Positions 15,124-29,741 of a stretch of DNA of 64,000 nt are shown one piece after another. The DNA comes from Eledone cirrhosa. Taxonomy: Eukaryota. Position numbers and translations under genes: made by a program. The number at the start of each line of letters is the position of its first letter. Positions within the stretch are counted from its first letter, which is position 1. The stretch is taken from contig OZ024742.1 in assembly GCA_964016885.1 (NCBI GenBank), positions 135,780,001 to 135,844,000 on the forward strand, read 5' to 3'. The notes beneath the pieces were generated by a model. That model was not told the origin of the DNA. It ran no database searches and worked only from the letters and a program-made list of their open reading frames with translations.

Positions 15124-15390
15124 TATATTTGCTGACAATAAAAACACTCACACCTCTTGGTTTTTACTTCAATTTATTGTAGTTTAATAGCCAGTTTAAT
15201 AGTTTAATAGTTTAATAGTTTAATGTTCAGTTGTTGATTGTCAAAACTCTTTCGTCACAGATTCTGTGACGAAACAGCTTTGACAATCAACAACTGAACC
15301 AGCACCCGGCTATTAAACTAACTAACTGGGAGTTTACAATGAATTGAAGGGAAAACCAAGAAGTGCATGTGTTTTTATTGGCAGCATATA
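15124..15390. mobile_element. Inverted repeat folded at an HHR-like stem II
   Basis: Centre TTTCGTCACAG-att-CTGTGACGAAAC-agct. Arms share ACAATCAACAACTGAAC...AAAACCAAGA...TTTTTATTG.CAGCA. Confidence 0.65.
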
Positions 15391-15479
15391 ATAATATAAT
15401 AATATAATATCCTGCATTGGTATTCATTGGTATATTTTGTAATGAGTAAGGTGAAGTCAAGGCACAGCTGTAATAATTT

Positions 15480-16898
15480 TTTTTGTTAACACTAAAGCAC
15501 TTCAGGATAGACGATATTCTTTGTTTTTTTCTTTTCGGAACAAACGCAAAGAGATTATCTCGACTGCCAACTTATGAGCAGCCTACGTAGAATTGTCCGT
15601 GCGAAAAGCAAGGTTCATCCAAGTGAATTCCAGTGATGGACAGAGTTTGACCTTGCGACTTGTTTAAGGACATCGCAAAGGCAACACGAAGGGGAAATTG
15701 GGTTCGGCGAAAGGAGAAGGGAGTATCCACGCCTGATCTAGTCAGGCTAATTTTTGTTATTATCACATCCTCGCCTTTTCCACATCCGGATAGAATGGTA
15801 GCGTCAATACTAAGTGGAGACAGTTTTTTCACCACAAGGCGTGTACCATTGCATAGTTTTGGAGGAGTGATATTTCTCAGCAAAATAACTGGCGTTCCCT
15901 CTTTCAGAACCAATGTATTAAGAGGTAAACCAGGAGAATTTAAAGAATTTAGAAATTCAACTGGATAGTTGAACGCATCCTGTGGATCACATACAGTATC
16001 AATAGATTTATATATCCGTGGACATCCAGGAAGAATCCTGTTTAGTATGTTCCCTCATTGTCAAAAAAGTTTAATGTGTACGAATACAGCTGGAAGCATA
16101 GATAATGCCTGCCTCAAATGTGGACGAAATTACTTTAAAAACGTAAAAGCTGTAGGTCCCAATGGTTTGAATGGAAAGTCCCATAAGGATTGTTCTCAAA
16201 ATAAACAAACCATCATCAAAATCTCGTCAATTCGTGACTGCTGCGAGATTAGGCCCTTACCGCGAAAATTAACACTTAATATAGTGAAACAAGTTAAAAC
16301 AACAAGTGTTTTTTTAACTTTGAAAGTGCAACAATTTTTTTTTGTATCCACATGGCTTATGAAAGTTTTAAAAATGTAAAAGTTGTAGGTCCCAATGGTT
16401 TGAATGGAAAGTCCTATAACGATTGTTCTAAAAATAAACAAACCATCATCAAAATCTCGTCAATTCGAGACTGCTGCGAGATTAAGCCCTTAACGCGAAA
16501 ATTAACACTTAATATAGTGAAACAAGTTAAAACAACAAGTGTTTTTTTAACTTTGAAAGTGCAACAAAGAATAAACAAGAAACAAACGATAATATTAGTG
16601 ATTTATCTTACTCTCTTTATAAGGATTGCCAATAAAGTTGGTTATCTCCCTTTTTTATAAGGATTGTCAATAAAGTTGGCTATCTCCCTTACATCAATTT
16701 TGCTACCGATAATTTTGATATCGATTTTTTATTGCTCAACGTGGGTCGATTGGAGAAATGTTTGTCATGTGACCATCGTAGCGACCTGTGCAACGTGCAC
16801 AGAAAATTTGGTCAAATTCGGTTGGTAATTGTAAAAGCCTTAAGTATTCAAAATTGTACACAGACACACACACATCCTCGCTTTTATATGTATAAAGA
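15480..16898 (-). mobile_element. Internally deleted Helitron with PIF1 helicase C-terminal fragment
   Basis: 5' terminus a|TCTTTATACATATAAAA followed by (GT)n. ORF 15572-15913 has LLRNI..PKLCNGTRL, RTQFPLRVAFAMSLNKSQGQTL and FSHGQFYVGCS. ~239-bp tandem duplication at 16134-16566. 3' CTAG end not found. Confidence 0.8.
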
Positions 16899-16903
16899 TA
16901 TAT

Positions 16904-17023
16904 ATATTTATTAAAATAACAGATTAAAGTTTAAGCAAAGAATCGCTGCTTTCACCCTATATATATATTTATCCTCATCGAGCCCTCTTTGGATTTTAGT
17001 CTTCTAATTTATTATTAATACTA
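16904..17023. mobile_element. PLE-type end, same family as 23480-23660: tail-less inverted arm plus partial tail
   Basis: 16904-16956 is the reverse complement of 23519-23570. 16963-17023 is a direct match to 23598-23660. Confidence 0.75.
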
Positions 17024-17180
17024 TATATATATATATATATATGTGAACATATATATATATATATATACATATATATATGGATGCGTGTAAGTATATATTT
17101 AATTTCAATTACCTCTGTATGTTATTTACTTTATTCTTAACTCTGAAGCCGAGAATCATTCGGTTTCCTAATAAAATTTA

Positions 17181-17539
17181 CTAGCTGACGTACCCAGCTT
17201 CGCCCGGGTAAACAGATGATAAGAGAGGACAGGTAAAAGAAAAAATGACTGTATTGGATGTTTGTCTGGTTACAGTATGAGGCGAGTCCGTGGTGTCTGT
17301 GTGATACCAAAAACAGTAAAAAAAATCTTCCAGATATACCAGATTATTCGTTGTACCGTCTGTGCATAGTATATGAATAATTCTAGGTGCTCCTACCTAG
17401 AATAGTGACCTCTAGGAGATGGTTCATGTTCTGCCTGACTGTAAAACGTGTATCATTGGATAGACGTGGTTGTTCCACGTTTCTCAAAAGGATGATGGAA
17501 ATTCCAATCTTTTATATTTTATGTAGATATAGATAGAGA
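17181..17539 (-). mobile_element. Helitron 3' terminus, probably a non-autonomous mini-Helitron
   Basis: Minus strand ends CCCGGGCGAAGCTGGGTACGTCAGCTAG|T (hairpin plus CTAG). TC-starting TCTATATCTACATAAAA near 17527-17539. Confidence 0.7.
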
Positions 17540-18085
17540 TAACTAATATAAAAGATGTCCGTCAATGTAAAAAAGGTCCCTATTTACTTGAAATGGTTTA
17601 TACAAATGCCAAATTAATATGGATATGGATAACATGCTTTTCTATAAGTGGTCAGCTATAATAATAAAACAACAAATTATATGACAAAAATGTATTCAGT
17701 AATTTCCAGGTCTTAGCCACTGAGTAATAGACAGTCAATATTGCCCAGAGTTCAACTCGGGAGGTGGCCTGGTTTAAATTCCAAATGGCGGATCCTTCTA
17801 CTTCGAAAATAGAATCGTTTTTCAATATTACTCTAGCCCTGGCCGGCCATAGGTACCAAACTTTTTGCCAGACTCAGCATAGGATGAGGTTTTATTACCA
17901 CTGCAATCAGAAGCGACAAATTTGAAGGCAATTTCTACCAATACTTGTTGGTTTTTATTGCTCATTATCGACAATAAATGACATTGAACATAAATGATAA
18001 CTCTGTCAAAGCTCACAATACTGATCAAAAGACAACAATGTCCGAATCATTTACCTCGCTTGATAGCATTAAAGATATGCATACA

Positions 18086-21000
18086 TCAGCTCAAAGCTTC
18101 ATATGGTTGTTCCTCTGTTAGTGGAATCAATTGCAAATTTATACCATCAGGATCGCACACTCGAGATGCAGCAACATGCAGTTGCCCATGACTGAATGCT
18201 AGATCATTCAAGTAGACACCGACTCGCTGAAAGTCTGTCCCTGTGCCTTGTTGACAGTCATGGAGAAGGCCAAATTGACGAGAAACTGTCTCCTTTGCCA
18301 AATGAATGGCAGCAGATCTTCACTTGGTCAGCATGATCCTCGTAATGAGAACCGATTCCTCTCTGTCTGGGAGTTTAGCTTCTAAAACTCTTCCGTTAAT
18401 CAATCTCTCAACAATCAATCTGGTCCCATTGCAAAGACCCATGTTATGATTGATATTTCTAAGCAATATAATCGGCATACCCTTTTTCAACCTCAAAATA
18501 TGTGGAGGAAAGCCGGGTATTTGAAGTGCATTCAGATACTCAGTCGGAACATCCATATTGTTCTGCTGATTAGGCTCCAATGCATCCGCATTGACGGTCA
18601 ACCATTCCTCTCCAGGAAACATTCCGGCTACTTGTGAATTTATTTCATCGACAGTTGCATTCGTATGAGTTAGAATAACGCATTCCGATATCCAGGAGAT
18701 ATTCTACCAAAAGGCATTCAAATTAGGGAACACCCAGTCAATCAATGCTTGGCGGTCCAGTGGCATGACCAAATGGTATGGGATTCTTACAGTTTGATTA
18801 TTACCAACGTGTGGCAATTCATCGTTTCCCAACTGAATCAACCATCGGCCGTATGTCTCAGCCTCTTCGTTTTACCCGAACATACGAAGTCGCATATTAT
18901 CGTGTAATCGCAAAACTCTGAAATGGCGCCACAACGGGGACTTTTTCAGACATGCATCGACAATTTGCGTTCTTTGAGTATTCCTAACAATTGGTAGAAC
19001 CTGTCTGAAATCGCCACCAAGAACGATAGTCTTACCACCGAATGGCAGGTCACTACCGCAGATATCTCTCAAAGTTCTGTCCAATGCCTCCAGCAAATAT
19101 CTGTGTGCCATTGGAGCCTCGTCCCAAATAATCAGAGACGTATTGCGTATAAGGCCCGCGAGTTCACTTTGTCCTGTAATGTTACAGACACTCAACTCAT
19201 CCGGAGCCAATGGAGCCTTGAAGATGAGTGGAAGGTCCTTCCACCACTCAGCAAAGTGGCAGCTATCCCACTGGTGGCCACAGGGAGAGCAATCTTCCTC
19301 TGAGCTCTGACTGCCGATAACATAGTGTTGAAACAGAATGTCTTTCCGGTGCCTCCTGGAGCATCTATGAAAGCACAAAGTTGCTCATTAGTGGAACTCG
19401 AGTGGAGAACGCCACCGACCAATTCTCTCTGATATTGGGTCAACATTGGTATACGTTCACCTACAATACGTTGCTGTTCCAGTGGATCAAACTGGAATAG
19501 TTCCCTCCGATCGAGTGGCAACCGTCTAAGCTACAATCTCATGTTCAATGCTAAGACACGTTGGCGCATTTCGTCATCAGGAATTGGCAAGTTGAAATCT
19601 GTTAACCATTTCAAATGAACTTCAAGCAGTTGCTTGAATATTGAGCAAAACAATAGTTTTCATCAAATTTTCATCATCGAAATGAAGATGATGCCTCAAA
19701 TCATCAGCCATAATTCCCCAATGGCGTTCAAATAACTCTTTTGGATCGGCAGGATGCAAAATCCTAGAATCGTGACAAACAAATGCCTTATTTGAGCTGG
19801 CATCTGTGTTGTTCCTGCAGCTTCCGTGGCGTTATTCCATTCGGAGTCATCCTGAAGGAGTCCCAGATGTTGACAAACAGCCTGGTATGTTTCATATTCC
19901 ACGCCATTGATTGTTTTCAAATCAGCGAAGCTCTGTTTACCTCTCGAAAAATCACTATGGAACAGAATTCGGAGATAAAACACATCACCAGATGCTGGAT
20001 GGATATTACAAACCCGTCCAATTGTCATGAATCTCAACTTTTGTTTTCTATCATTCCATTTCTTTTCCTTCTTATCCCACGTATAGTGCGAAGGGAAATT
20101 GCAGTAGAGTTGCCTTTGATCCGGGTTCAAAGCATGTTCCCTATTATGCTTGAACCACTCAGTCAATTCCGTATTTCGACACTTCTTCTAGTGTCCTGAA
20201 AACAGAGCATTTGCCTAGTCTCTAAGTGAACCGTCAGTTTCTGAACGCTGGGTTTGCGTTCATTGAGATCATAATCGAACAATCTCCAGGAAGCTTCGCT
20301 AGATCCAATCGAGCGAACATCCTGGAACCTGCCAACTTCATCTCCTTGGTTCGCTTCCTCATCCCTGACATTGATCATTGCCCGATCATGACCTTTGTAA
20401 ACATATTTGAATAGATATTTGCAAGCTTTCACTGAGCTACAAATTTCCACATTAATATGACAAGGATATTTCATAATCAAATATGGATTGTATGGCACAG
20501 CCCATTGATTTGTAACCTGTCGACCGTTTACATTTTTGACCAAACCGCCATCGGCAGGCGACCGTCTTCTGTATGAGGGATGAGCATCCCCATCGTTCCA
20601 GGAAGTGTTCGTGACAAAAGATTTCGTAAAATGCTTACTGCATTGGCCATTTTTCATGCAAGGCGCTTTCCGATTGGCCACGCCGCATTGGTTGTGCACC
20701 ATTGACTTTGCCACCAAGTTGCCTAGTGCCTCATTCTCCGGCAGTTCAGCACACACAATGCTGTCGACATCCTCAGCACATCTCAATTTGCAATCTCTAT
20801 GTAAAATGATCAGCAAATGTGCATGTGGCAATCCTCTTTTTTGGAATTCAATTACGTATGTAAAAGCAACTAAACCTCCAAAGATTCCCTCTTTTTCCAC
20901 ATCATCCATTATCTTTTTCAGATATCCTTTGAATACTCTTGCCACAATATCAGGACGGTCCTTTGGCTTTTGTCCTGGCAAAAGTGCATCCTTAATATCA

Positions 21001-22649
21001 GTCCATTCAGGATTGCATGTAACCGTTATAAACAAATCTGGCTTTCCAATCTTTCTGCCAATAGCAATTGCATCCTGATAGCGAATGATCATATATCTCG
21101 GGCCGCCGATGAACGACGATGGCAAAATGATGCGTCGACCAATTTGCTTGTAATTGGCATCATCGGCTGTTATCGCAACCTGTATATTATTATACAATTC
21201 AGCTCTGATATGTTGCTGATGTGTAGCTATATAATTTAGCCTTTGATTTTCGATCTTTGCGAATGCCATACAACAGTATTCCTGGAACAATCTGCTGGCT
21301 TGAAATAGTGCATTTCTCTGTTGATTCCTCTCGTTCAAATGGAACGCGTAAAAGTCGCGAATCGAATTATTGTGTCTATTGCCACCTCCCTGTTGATGCT
21401 TATTCTCATGATCATCTAAATGAACAGACATGTTCCATCCATTTTCACCTTTTGGTAATAAAAGAACATAATGCAATGCATCGTATGCCCTATTTAACTC
21501 ATTGATAGTCTTGAGACCACTATCTCTGCGATTGAGGACTATATCTCTCGATCCAGGCTTATCGACAATCAACACAGCAAGATCACGAAATCCTTCAGGG
21601 GCATTATATCACCGTTCGTGTTGATTCCTTGGCACTGCGTCAGCCTTAATCACCAATGATTGCTGTTGAACATTTTACAGTTCAGCCACCAACATGAAAT
21701 CCATAACATAAGGATTACACTCTCTAAGCCATGATTGCAAATCACGGATCAAATCACTTAACCTTTGCCGTTCAAGTTCAGTTATATTTCCCGGCAACTT
21801 CATCCAACCGATCCTGATATCCTCCTCCGATTCACTATAATCTGGATCGTTAACGTAAATATGAGCGAATCGAGGCCTCTCTCCTGGGGTAACTTCTAAA
21901 TTACCGATACAATGATACAAACGGCCTTGAACGACTACATTCGGTTGCCATCCTCCACTCTCAAACATCTCACTAACTATCTGCGATGCTAAAGCTAATG
22001 AATTGTTAATTTGCCGCGAATATTTGCGCAGGAATCTCCCTTGGTCTCCTTGATCACCCCACATATTTAGTAAGTTAAACTCCGGTGACGCCTCATCACT
22101 CGGCATTCGCAAGGGTTCTAGTTGAACTGCTCCTTTATGACAACACATTGTGGTCCACGTCTTTTCGTGCCTCCAAAGCAATGCTCCACAATGTGGACAC
22201 TCTGCTCGTCCAGCAATCTGAAAATGACACGGTTGCCATGATCCATTTTTAATATCATTCGTTCGCCTTCTAGCCTCTTTACTGGAATGAGGAGCACTTT
22301 AAGGACACATTTTCTGAACTTCTGTATTGCGCTGGCGCTGTTCAGCCAGCTCCTCCTCATCCATCGCAGCACGCCGTTGTTGGTGAATTCTGGCTATCTG
22401 CTGATGATGCTCAGCCAGTTCGTCTTCACCCATCGCAGCACGTCGTCGCTGCTTGGCTCCGGTGTTTCGTTGGCGTTGTTCAGCCAGCTCCTCTTCATTC
22501 ATGGCGGCACGTCTTCGTCTCTGAAGTTCGGCGTTCCGATGGTGCTGTTCGGCCCGTTTTTCTTCATTGCTGGCTGCACGCAGTCGCCGCTGTAGGTCAC
22601 TGTTTGATAAAGTCGAATTGCTTTTATTATAAATATTCATTTCGAGCAA
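18086..22649 (-). pseudogene. Helitron RepHel transposase (HUH Rep plus PIF1/SF1B helicase), frameshifted
   Basis: N-terminal 22-aa charged repeats and a Zn-finger-like CC motif. Rep motifs PDLFITVTCNPEW, VIEFQKRGLPHAH and KYLFKYVYKGHD (20163-21575). Helicase motifs FIDAPGGTGKT, LIIWDEAPM, GGDFRQVLP, LLRNI...GLCNGTRL and FSHGQLHVAASRV across several frames. Confidence 0.95.
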
Positions 22650-23159
22650 TTGTCAAAAAATGACACAATAATAAATATAAAAGATGTCCGCTAATGTAAA
22701 AAAAGATCCCTATTTACTCACTTCACAGACAGATAAACTGCGTGGCGATTGTGGAACGCAACACATACACTCATGGAAACGCGCACACGCACGCAAACTT
22801 ACACACGCACACACTCACACATGTTGATAGTTTTTACTTTCTGTGGAACGCTGCACGCACGCACACACACATAAACATACGCACACGTACATACACACGC
22901 ACACATGTTAATAGTTATTGCTTTCCTTCCCCTCTTCGACACAGATCTCTATACTGACACATATACCTAGTGTATCCAACACAGCGTTCACTTTTCCTCT
23001 CTGTTTCTTACTCTCCCCTCTCACTCCCTCATTGGCATTATGCATATTAATTTAAGTTTGGCATCATTGAGGTAGGCGGAGTCGTTTGAAACTTATGAAC
23101 CAATGATAATCGAGAATTATGACACACGGAATACTGACATTGTTGAAATTAATATATAG

Positions 23160-23420
23160 ATGTCTACGACTTCAGTTATACCATTTACGTGGTTTTGTCT
23201 TTGCGTGTAATTGTTCTCACCGCTCCACATAATGACGTATTATTTCCGTTCATTGCCAGAGAACGTCTCCACGAACCACCTAATAGAATATTAGTCTACG
23301 ACTTCATTTATACTATAAATGTGGTTTTGTCTTTGCGTGTAATTGGTTTCTCCGTTCCAAATAATGACGTATTCTTCGTTTTTATCGTTATTTGCCAGGG
23401 AACGTTTCCACGAACCAAAG
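23160..23420. repeat. Two-copy tandem repeat of roughly 130 bp upstream of RepHel
   Basis: GTCTACGACTTCA...GTGGTTTTGTCTTTGCGTGTAATTG...AATGACGTATT...GAACGT.TCCACGAACCA occurs twice. Confidence 0.75.
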
Positions 23421-23496
23421 TATCGTCTTCCTGTCTTCCTTCGGTTGCAGAGTTTTTTAAAATATTTACTTCTGTGTTCAGAGATTGACTTTTTTT

Positions 23497-23545
23497 GTTT
23501 CAGAAGATCCCGTTAAGGGGGAAAGCAGCGATACTTTGCTTAAAC
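23497..23545 (+). ncRNA. Type I hammerhead, degenerate core (CAGAAGA)
   Basis: GTTT-CAGAAGA-TCCC-gttaa-GGGG-GAAA-GCA...TGC-TT-AAAC. Followed by tail stem-loop at 23573-23618. Confidence 0.65.
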
Positions 23546-23666
23546 TTTAATCTGTTATTTTAATAAATATTTGCTCTACGGTTCTTATATATTTGATATA
23601 TATTTATCCTTATCGAGCCCTCTTTGGATTTTAGTCTTCAAATTCATTATTATTACTATATACATA

Positions 23667-23717
<51 letters not shown>

Positions 23718-24294
23718 ATGCATACATGTAGATAGAGATTTGTGTGCGCGTATACTTTTGGTATTAATTCGATAAGCATCTAAGTGTATATTTATGAACG
23801 TTTTATGTACGTATATACATATATATATATACATTTAACTAGCATACATATGTGTGTGTGAATGTATATGTGTAAGTGTTGTAAGGCCCGTGTGCTATAA
23901 GTAGCAAGATATTTAAGTATGTTAAAAAATACGTATTTCCATATGTTGTCAGTATAAATCAGTCTCTTGTGAACACAACAACATTGTGGTGTTGACAGAG
24001 ATAAAAGCAGCCCGCGGCCAAAGGTGCCACCTTACATTTTGGTCAGATAAATAAACGAGATGTTTGTTAGATCGGAGTAAGAAAGTAAATATACAAAATG
24101 GTGAAAATGTAGATGTACAGAAAGATATGCAAATGAGGAACAAGTAATGTATGCATAGGGTTCAAGATATACGCGTGATTGTACGTATGGGTTTATGTAT
24201 GTATATTTAATTTTATATATGTAACTATGTGTGTATATGTGTAAGTATTTGCTTGTTTAGGGTTACTCGAAATATATATATATAAATATATATG

Positions 24295-24372
<78 letters not shown>

Positions 24373-24398
24373 GTGTGTGTGTGTGTGCATTATGCATG

Positions 24399-24437
<39 letters not shown>

Positions 24438-24904
24438 ATATTTATATATATATATATATAATTGTGTTTGGCTGTGTCTGTGTGCATTTGTGTGTGCGTA
24501 TGTGTGTATATGCGTGTAAGAATACATATATATATACATACATAAAAATACAGATATGTATTTCTGGTTGTATGTGCATATGAGTGCGTTGGTGTGTGAG
24601 TAGGTTTGTGTTTGAGTTTGCGTGAGTGCGCGTGTGTAAATTCCTACGTGAGATTCCGATTTGCTGGTTGCTGGAAGCGACAACGTCAAGTCGAAGTGAA
24701 AGTATTAGTTGTGGATATTTTGTAGTTTACATATATGTGTGAGTGTATCGTAACGTATGTAAGGGTACACATTTATCTATACATGATTGTATGTATAGCT
24801 TCATAAGCTCGCATATATTAATACACATATGCGCTCATTCTAACACACACAAAAGGATGTACAAAAAATAGTCGTGCAAATCATAATACACACACGCGCG
24901 CTAT

Positions 24905-24991
<87 letters not shown>

Positions 24992-24998
24992 CCTATAC

Positions 24999-25034
<36 letters not shown>

Positions 25035-25037
25035 TAG

Positions 25038-25161
<124 letters not shown>

Positions 25162-25169
25162 GTGTGTGT

Positions 25170-25320
25170 TAGAAAGTGTCAGGACCCGACGGATGAGCAC
25201 TTGCCCTTTCAACAGCTTGTTCCAAACTCAGCTGTCGAAATGTTAAAGAGCTCAGCCGTCAGGCGCCGACTCTTTCTAATATAGTAACACTCTTCTATCC
25301 CAAGTATCGAATACTGCCTG
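25170..25320 (+). mobile_element. Diverged family A copy in opposite orientation
   Basis: GCTGTCGAAA...GAGCTCAGCCGTC...CACTCTTCTATCCCAAGTATCGAATACT. Confidence 0.65.
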
Positions 25321-26598
25321 CAGTTAGATAACGCGTACAGTCAGTCATATGCATCGTGACCTCGTCAATTCAAATAAAATGTGCGATGTAGGGGATTACA
25401 GCACTTAAAACGCCAGTTTGCGCAACAGAACGTGGACCACTCTGTTAGTGAAGCATGCGAGACAATACCATGACAAAGGACATCAAGAAAATACCTACTG
25501 GTATCTTGCATCCAAAGGCGATATATACGTGAACATTTACGACTAGAATTGAGGGGGCAACAGATCGTGCATGTAAATGTGCAATAAATATCGCCAGAAG
25601 CAGGGGGAAATTGACTTTTTGTCAATGAAATACGAAGTGGGAGATATTATGACCGTTCAGTGATGTGACTTCGGCGAGAAAGGTCAAATAGAGGGTCTGA
25701 CACAGAAAGTAACAGCTGTAGCAAGCGGCCGTGAGACAAGAGGAGGGATGAAGCAAAATCAAAAAAGAGAAAGAGAGAGACTGAGAGAGAGAGAAAGACA
25801 AAAAGAAAGAAAGGAGGTCTTCGTCAAGCATGTAAAAACATATAGTTGATCCAAATAGATGCGAGTTGGAGTGAAGGTGTATGAATAAAGCATTAGCAGA
25901 AAATGCACACAGTTACATAACACGTGCAGAAAAATTCATCATCACCTCGCCAGCCCACCGCTGGCAGTGCAGATTCGTGCATAAACGAGCTTTTTTTGCC
26001 ATGTCTTCTTCTCAGTCTATTCAATTTGTTTATTGCTCCCTTCATTTCGCGTCTCATTCAATCTTTTTATTAAACTAAAATATATCTTTATTTACTGTCT
26101 GTTATGCTTTGTTGCTTTTCCATTTAAATTTTGCAAACTTAAAATCATTCAAGTGTTTGCTATCCATTGAATTGCTTTATTAGTTTAATTATGTTAGTAA
26201 TTATTATTACAATGAGAGAGCTTGTATGGTATTGAACATGGGGTGCATCGAACAAAATTATCAACGCCACTAAATTATGCCCCTTTCACCTCATATGGAG
26301 TTAACCAAAGAGAGTAATAATCATCATTAAATATTTTATAAATACAGATGCAATGTAAACGAGTTTACAATGACCTGGGATTCCACAAGCCCCAAAGGAA
26401 AAGTTGTTCTTTCAGGGGACTACACAGATCATTGTGTAATCGTTAATATTTCTACTGAAGACATACAATATTTATTATGTGTTATACTCATATATTTTGT
26501 CGCTCATTAACTAAATTGAAATAACACATGTATTAGTTGAATACACCGTACCTAAACATTTGTACATATATTAAATGTCATCTCAATTTATATATATA

Positions 26599-28111
26599 CA
26601 GGGTGGGGCATAAGTTTAGAAGCATATAAAAATGCTTTTAATAACAAAATTATTAACTTCATTGACAAACAACATATATGTAATTATACAAAAATAGTTT
26701 TAGAATATAATGTATAGAGTTTATTTTAAATGAGCCTCTCGTGCAGCAGCAAAAGCCTATAACCTCCGTCGAACATCTTTCACCGAAGCATGAAATATTT
26801 CTTTAAATCATAGCCTGATGTATGGACGTTTGTAAAGGCTTGTTCTTCAAGGATAGACCATACTGAAAAGTCCATAGGGTTCAAATCAGGCGAACAAAAG
26901 AACCTCGAAGATGGTCACTGCACCAAGCTTATGTGACATTTGCTGTGTAGGAAGTGGCTCCATCCTATTGGAAGGTCCACAGATAATCATTGCCCAAATG
27001 ATTAGTTGCAGAATCAAACATAGGCTCCAGAATACGGTTTATGTAAGATTGGGGGCTGATTTTTGTCCTTTCTTCCACAAAAATGAGAGAAGTGTTCCAA
27101 GATGATGAAACAGCACCCCCAGATCATAACAGAAGCTGATTTTATTGTATGGAATATAAAATGTTAGTCAACACTGATTGCTGATGATTTTTTTTTTTTT
27201 TTTTTTTTGCTATGATGCGGTCATTTCTTCGGTTGTGTGATTGCTCAACAGTGAAAATCTTTTCATCTGACCAGACAATTTCCCCCGCCATGCCACATTT
27301 CATTTTCTTTAAGCACATTCTTACTTCTCTCTAGCCTTTTTTGTTTTGTCTTTTCAGAAAGGGTTTGTCTCTTCTGAAGGGCGAAGGAAGACACTCCTAA
27401 GTCATCATTGATTATCCTTCTCACTACCCTAGGTTGACTAGGACCACTTTTATCATTTTTCTCATGGACTTTTTCAGATGTCTTCTTATCCTTCTCGAAC
27501 GGCTTTACAGATACAAACTGTCCAGTGTGGGAATGCCTCAACAGATTAAGATCTGGTGTTGGTCATGCAAAGGCAAATTTGGCAAAATATGGATATTTAA
27601 AGGATGGGGACGTTGTGTGGGACTGCGGCATTGAACCAGAGACTACGATGCACCTTCTGATATTCCCTTGCTGGAACACCCCTGCACTACATTGAACTTG
27701 GCAGAGTTTAATGTGAGAAAGGACAGCAATGTGTTCAGATGTGGTGGAACCACATCTAGCCCAGGTTTGTAGCCGACACTCGTGTGGACACAATAAGAAG
27801 TTGTCGGTCCTCCACTCCTGGGTCTATCCTACAAATCTCCTTGCTCTTTAAAACGCTCAACAGCTTCTCAAACAGTAGATCTTGCACCCGAAAGTAACCT
27901 TGGAATATTCGAATCTGACCTCCCTGTGCAATGAAGAAGTTTGAGTATCATTTCTCTTTTGGATAACATTTTAGAATTCTTTAAGATATTCAAACTCCAA
28001 TTTTTTTACATAGTCTAATGTTTTTAACCCGAAGATAAAAAAATGTATGATATACAACACTTATATGATACAAATATCAAAAATCGGCCTCCGAACTTAA
28101 GCCTTACCCTG
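26599..28111 (-). mobile_element. Decayed Tc1/mariner transposon (DDD-type, maT-like)
   Basis: Imperfect ~25-bp TIRs CAGGGTGGGGCATAAGTT / AACTTAAGCCTTACCCTG with TA TSDs. Transposase remnants WSDEKIFTVE, DGATS.TAN and SPDLNPMDFSVWSILE. ~280-bp insertion at ~27520-27795. Confidence 0.85.
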
Positions 28112-28141
28112 TATATATATGTATATAAATATATATATAAA

Positions 28142-28203
<62 letters not shown>

Positions 28204-28884
28204 ATAAAAATAAGATTATTTCAATCATATTATACAATAAATATACAGGCTAAAATCTATATTTTTGCAGAGCTTTATTCATACAATATTATATTTACGT
28301 ATGATAATATATATATTATATTAAGATTACGTGCATAGCAAACAAAAAATATATTTAAGGAAAAACATAATTTTACTTATAATTTGTTCAGTCTATGGGT
28401 TCATTTTGAACTAGAAATTATAAAAATTAAGGCTATCATAACTCATTAGGAAAGAAGTCTTCAACTATTCTTAAACTATACTTAACTTACAGCTTTTTCA
28501 ACCAAAAATTCAAATGAATTATGAAAAATAGCCTCTACACTAAACTAATCATTCAGCCAAAAAAGAATACGCAATTTTATAAAATAAAAGCACGTTGTTT
28601 TGCTTCAAATGAATTCAGACTAACGTTAATAGCTATAGATGAAGAAGAAAGCTAGATATAGCTTACAAGATCCTCAAAAAGGAACAACTGAATCTAAATT
28701 AATTTAATTAGCTAAATAAAAGGGAGAAGTAACATTATAGAAATAGATCAAAATAAAGTAATTTCATTTATATTATACCATAAATAGCTCATGCTTTATA
28801 TTTATATATATGTATGAGCTGTTTTAACTTATCCACCTACCTCTTTCCAACTTTTATATTGTTTTTTTGTAAAACACGATATTT

Positions 28885-28963
<79 letters not shown>

Positions 28964-28992
28964 GTTTACATATACATAAAGTTATAGATATA

Positions 28993-29493
28993 TCTGTTGC
29001 AACCGGTCACTTTTTAGCTCTATGAAGAATTAATAAATTAAACAATCAGAGCAATATATCATAAATCATGTCATTAGAATTATTAGATAAAATATATACC
29101 ATTTCCTCTTCCAATTAGCATAATTAACCATATAAAAAATCAATTAGACCAAGATATAAGAAGAAAGGCTCTTATGAAGAAATCTCCGACAAATAACCGA
29201 AAGTGGCCTCTTCGCGGTGGCCCCAATAGAGTATTTATCCAACATTTCGACGGCATGTGTATGGTTGATGATATATTTAGTCAGTTCTATATGCTGTCGA
29301 AATGTTGGATAAATACTCTATTGGGGCCACCGCAAAGAGGCCACTTTCGGTTATTTGTCGGAGATTTCTTCATAAGAGCCTTTCTTCTTATAGCTTGGTC
29401 TAATTGATTTTTTATATGGTTAATTATGCTAATTGGAAGAGGAAATGGTATATATTTTATCTAATAATTCTAAGGACATGATTTATGATATAT
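28993..29493 (-). mobile_element. ~200-bp-arm inverted repeat (29053-29493) plus tail with bulged stem-loop
   Basis: Arms meet at TTTCGAC...GTCGAAA. Tail GCTC-TGA...TCA-TA-GAGC at 29017-29052 (-). (TA)n flanks. Confidence 0.8.
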
Positions 29494-29528
<35 letters not shown>

Positions 29529-29708
29529 CAAATATCGTATTAATATTATGGCTTCTTGCTACAATAATTTCTATACTTTTCATTTATATATATATATATA
29601 TATATGTATAATAAAGCCAAAACAATGCAGGTATGGACATAGAAAAAAGAATGCAATTGCAAAAGATATTGTTGACAATTCGTCTTTTACCTTAGATTTA
29701 TTTAAATG

Positions 29709-29741
29709 TCCTTAATTTTCGAGATAATATCTCTTCTTCAG

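Noticed and set aside
19103-22595. Plus-strand ORFs overlapping the Helitron
   Set aside because: Antisense shadows of RepHel.
28784-28820. GCTC-ATGC...GTAT-GAGC hairpin (similar ones at ~1493, ~15422 and ~35778)
   Set aside because: They resemble the tail stem but lack the UH bulge, the upper helix or a partner arm, so they were not counted.
29296-29365. Complete HHR within the 29-kb inverted repeat
   Set aside because: Only GTCGAAA is evident; the CUGANGA half is missing and stem III is ambiguous.
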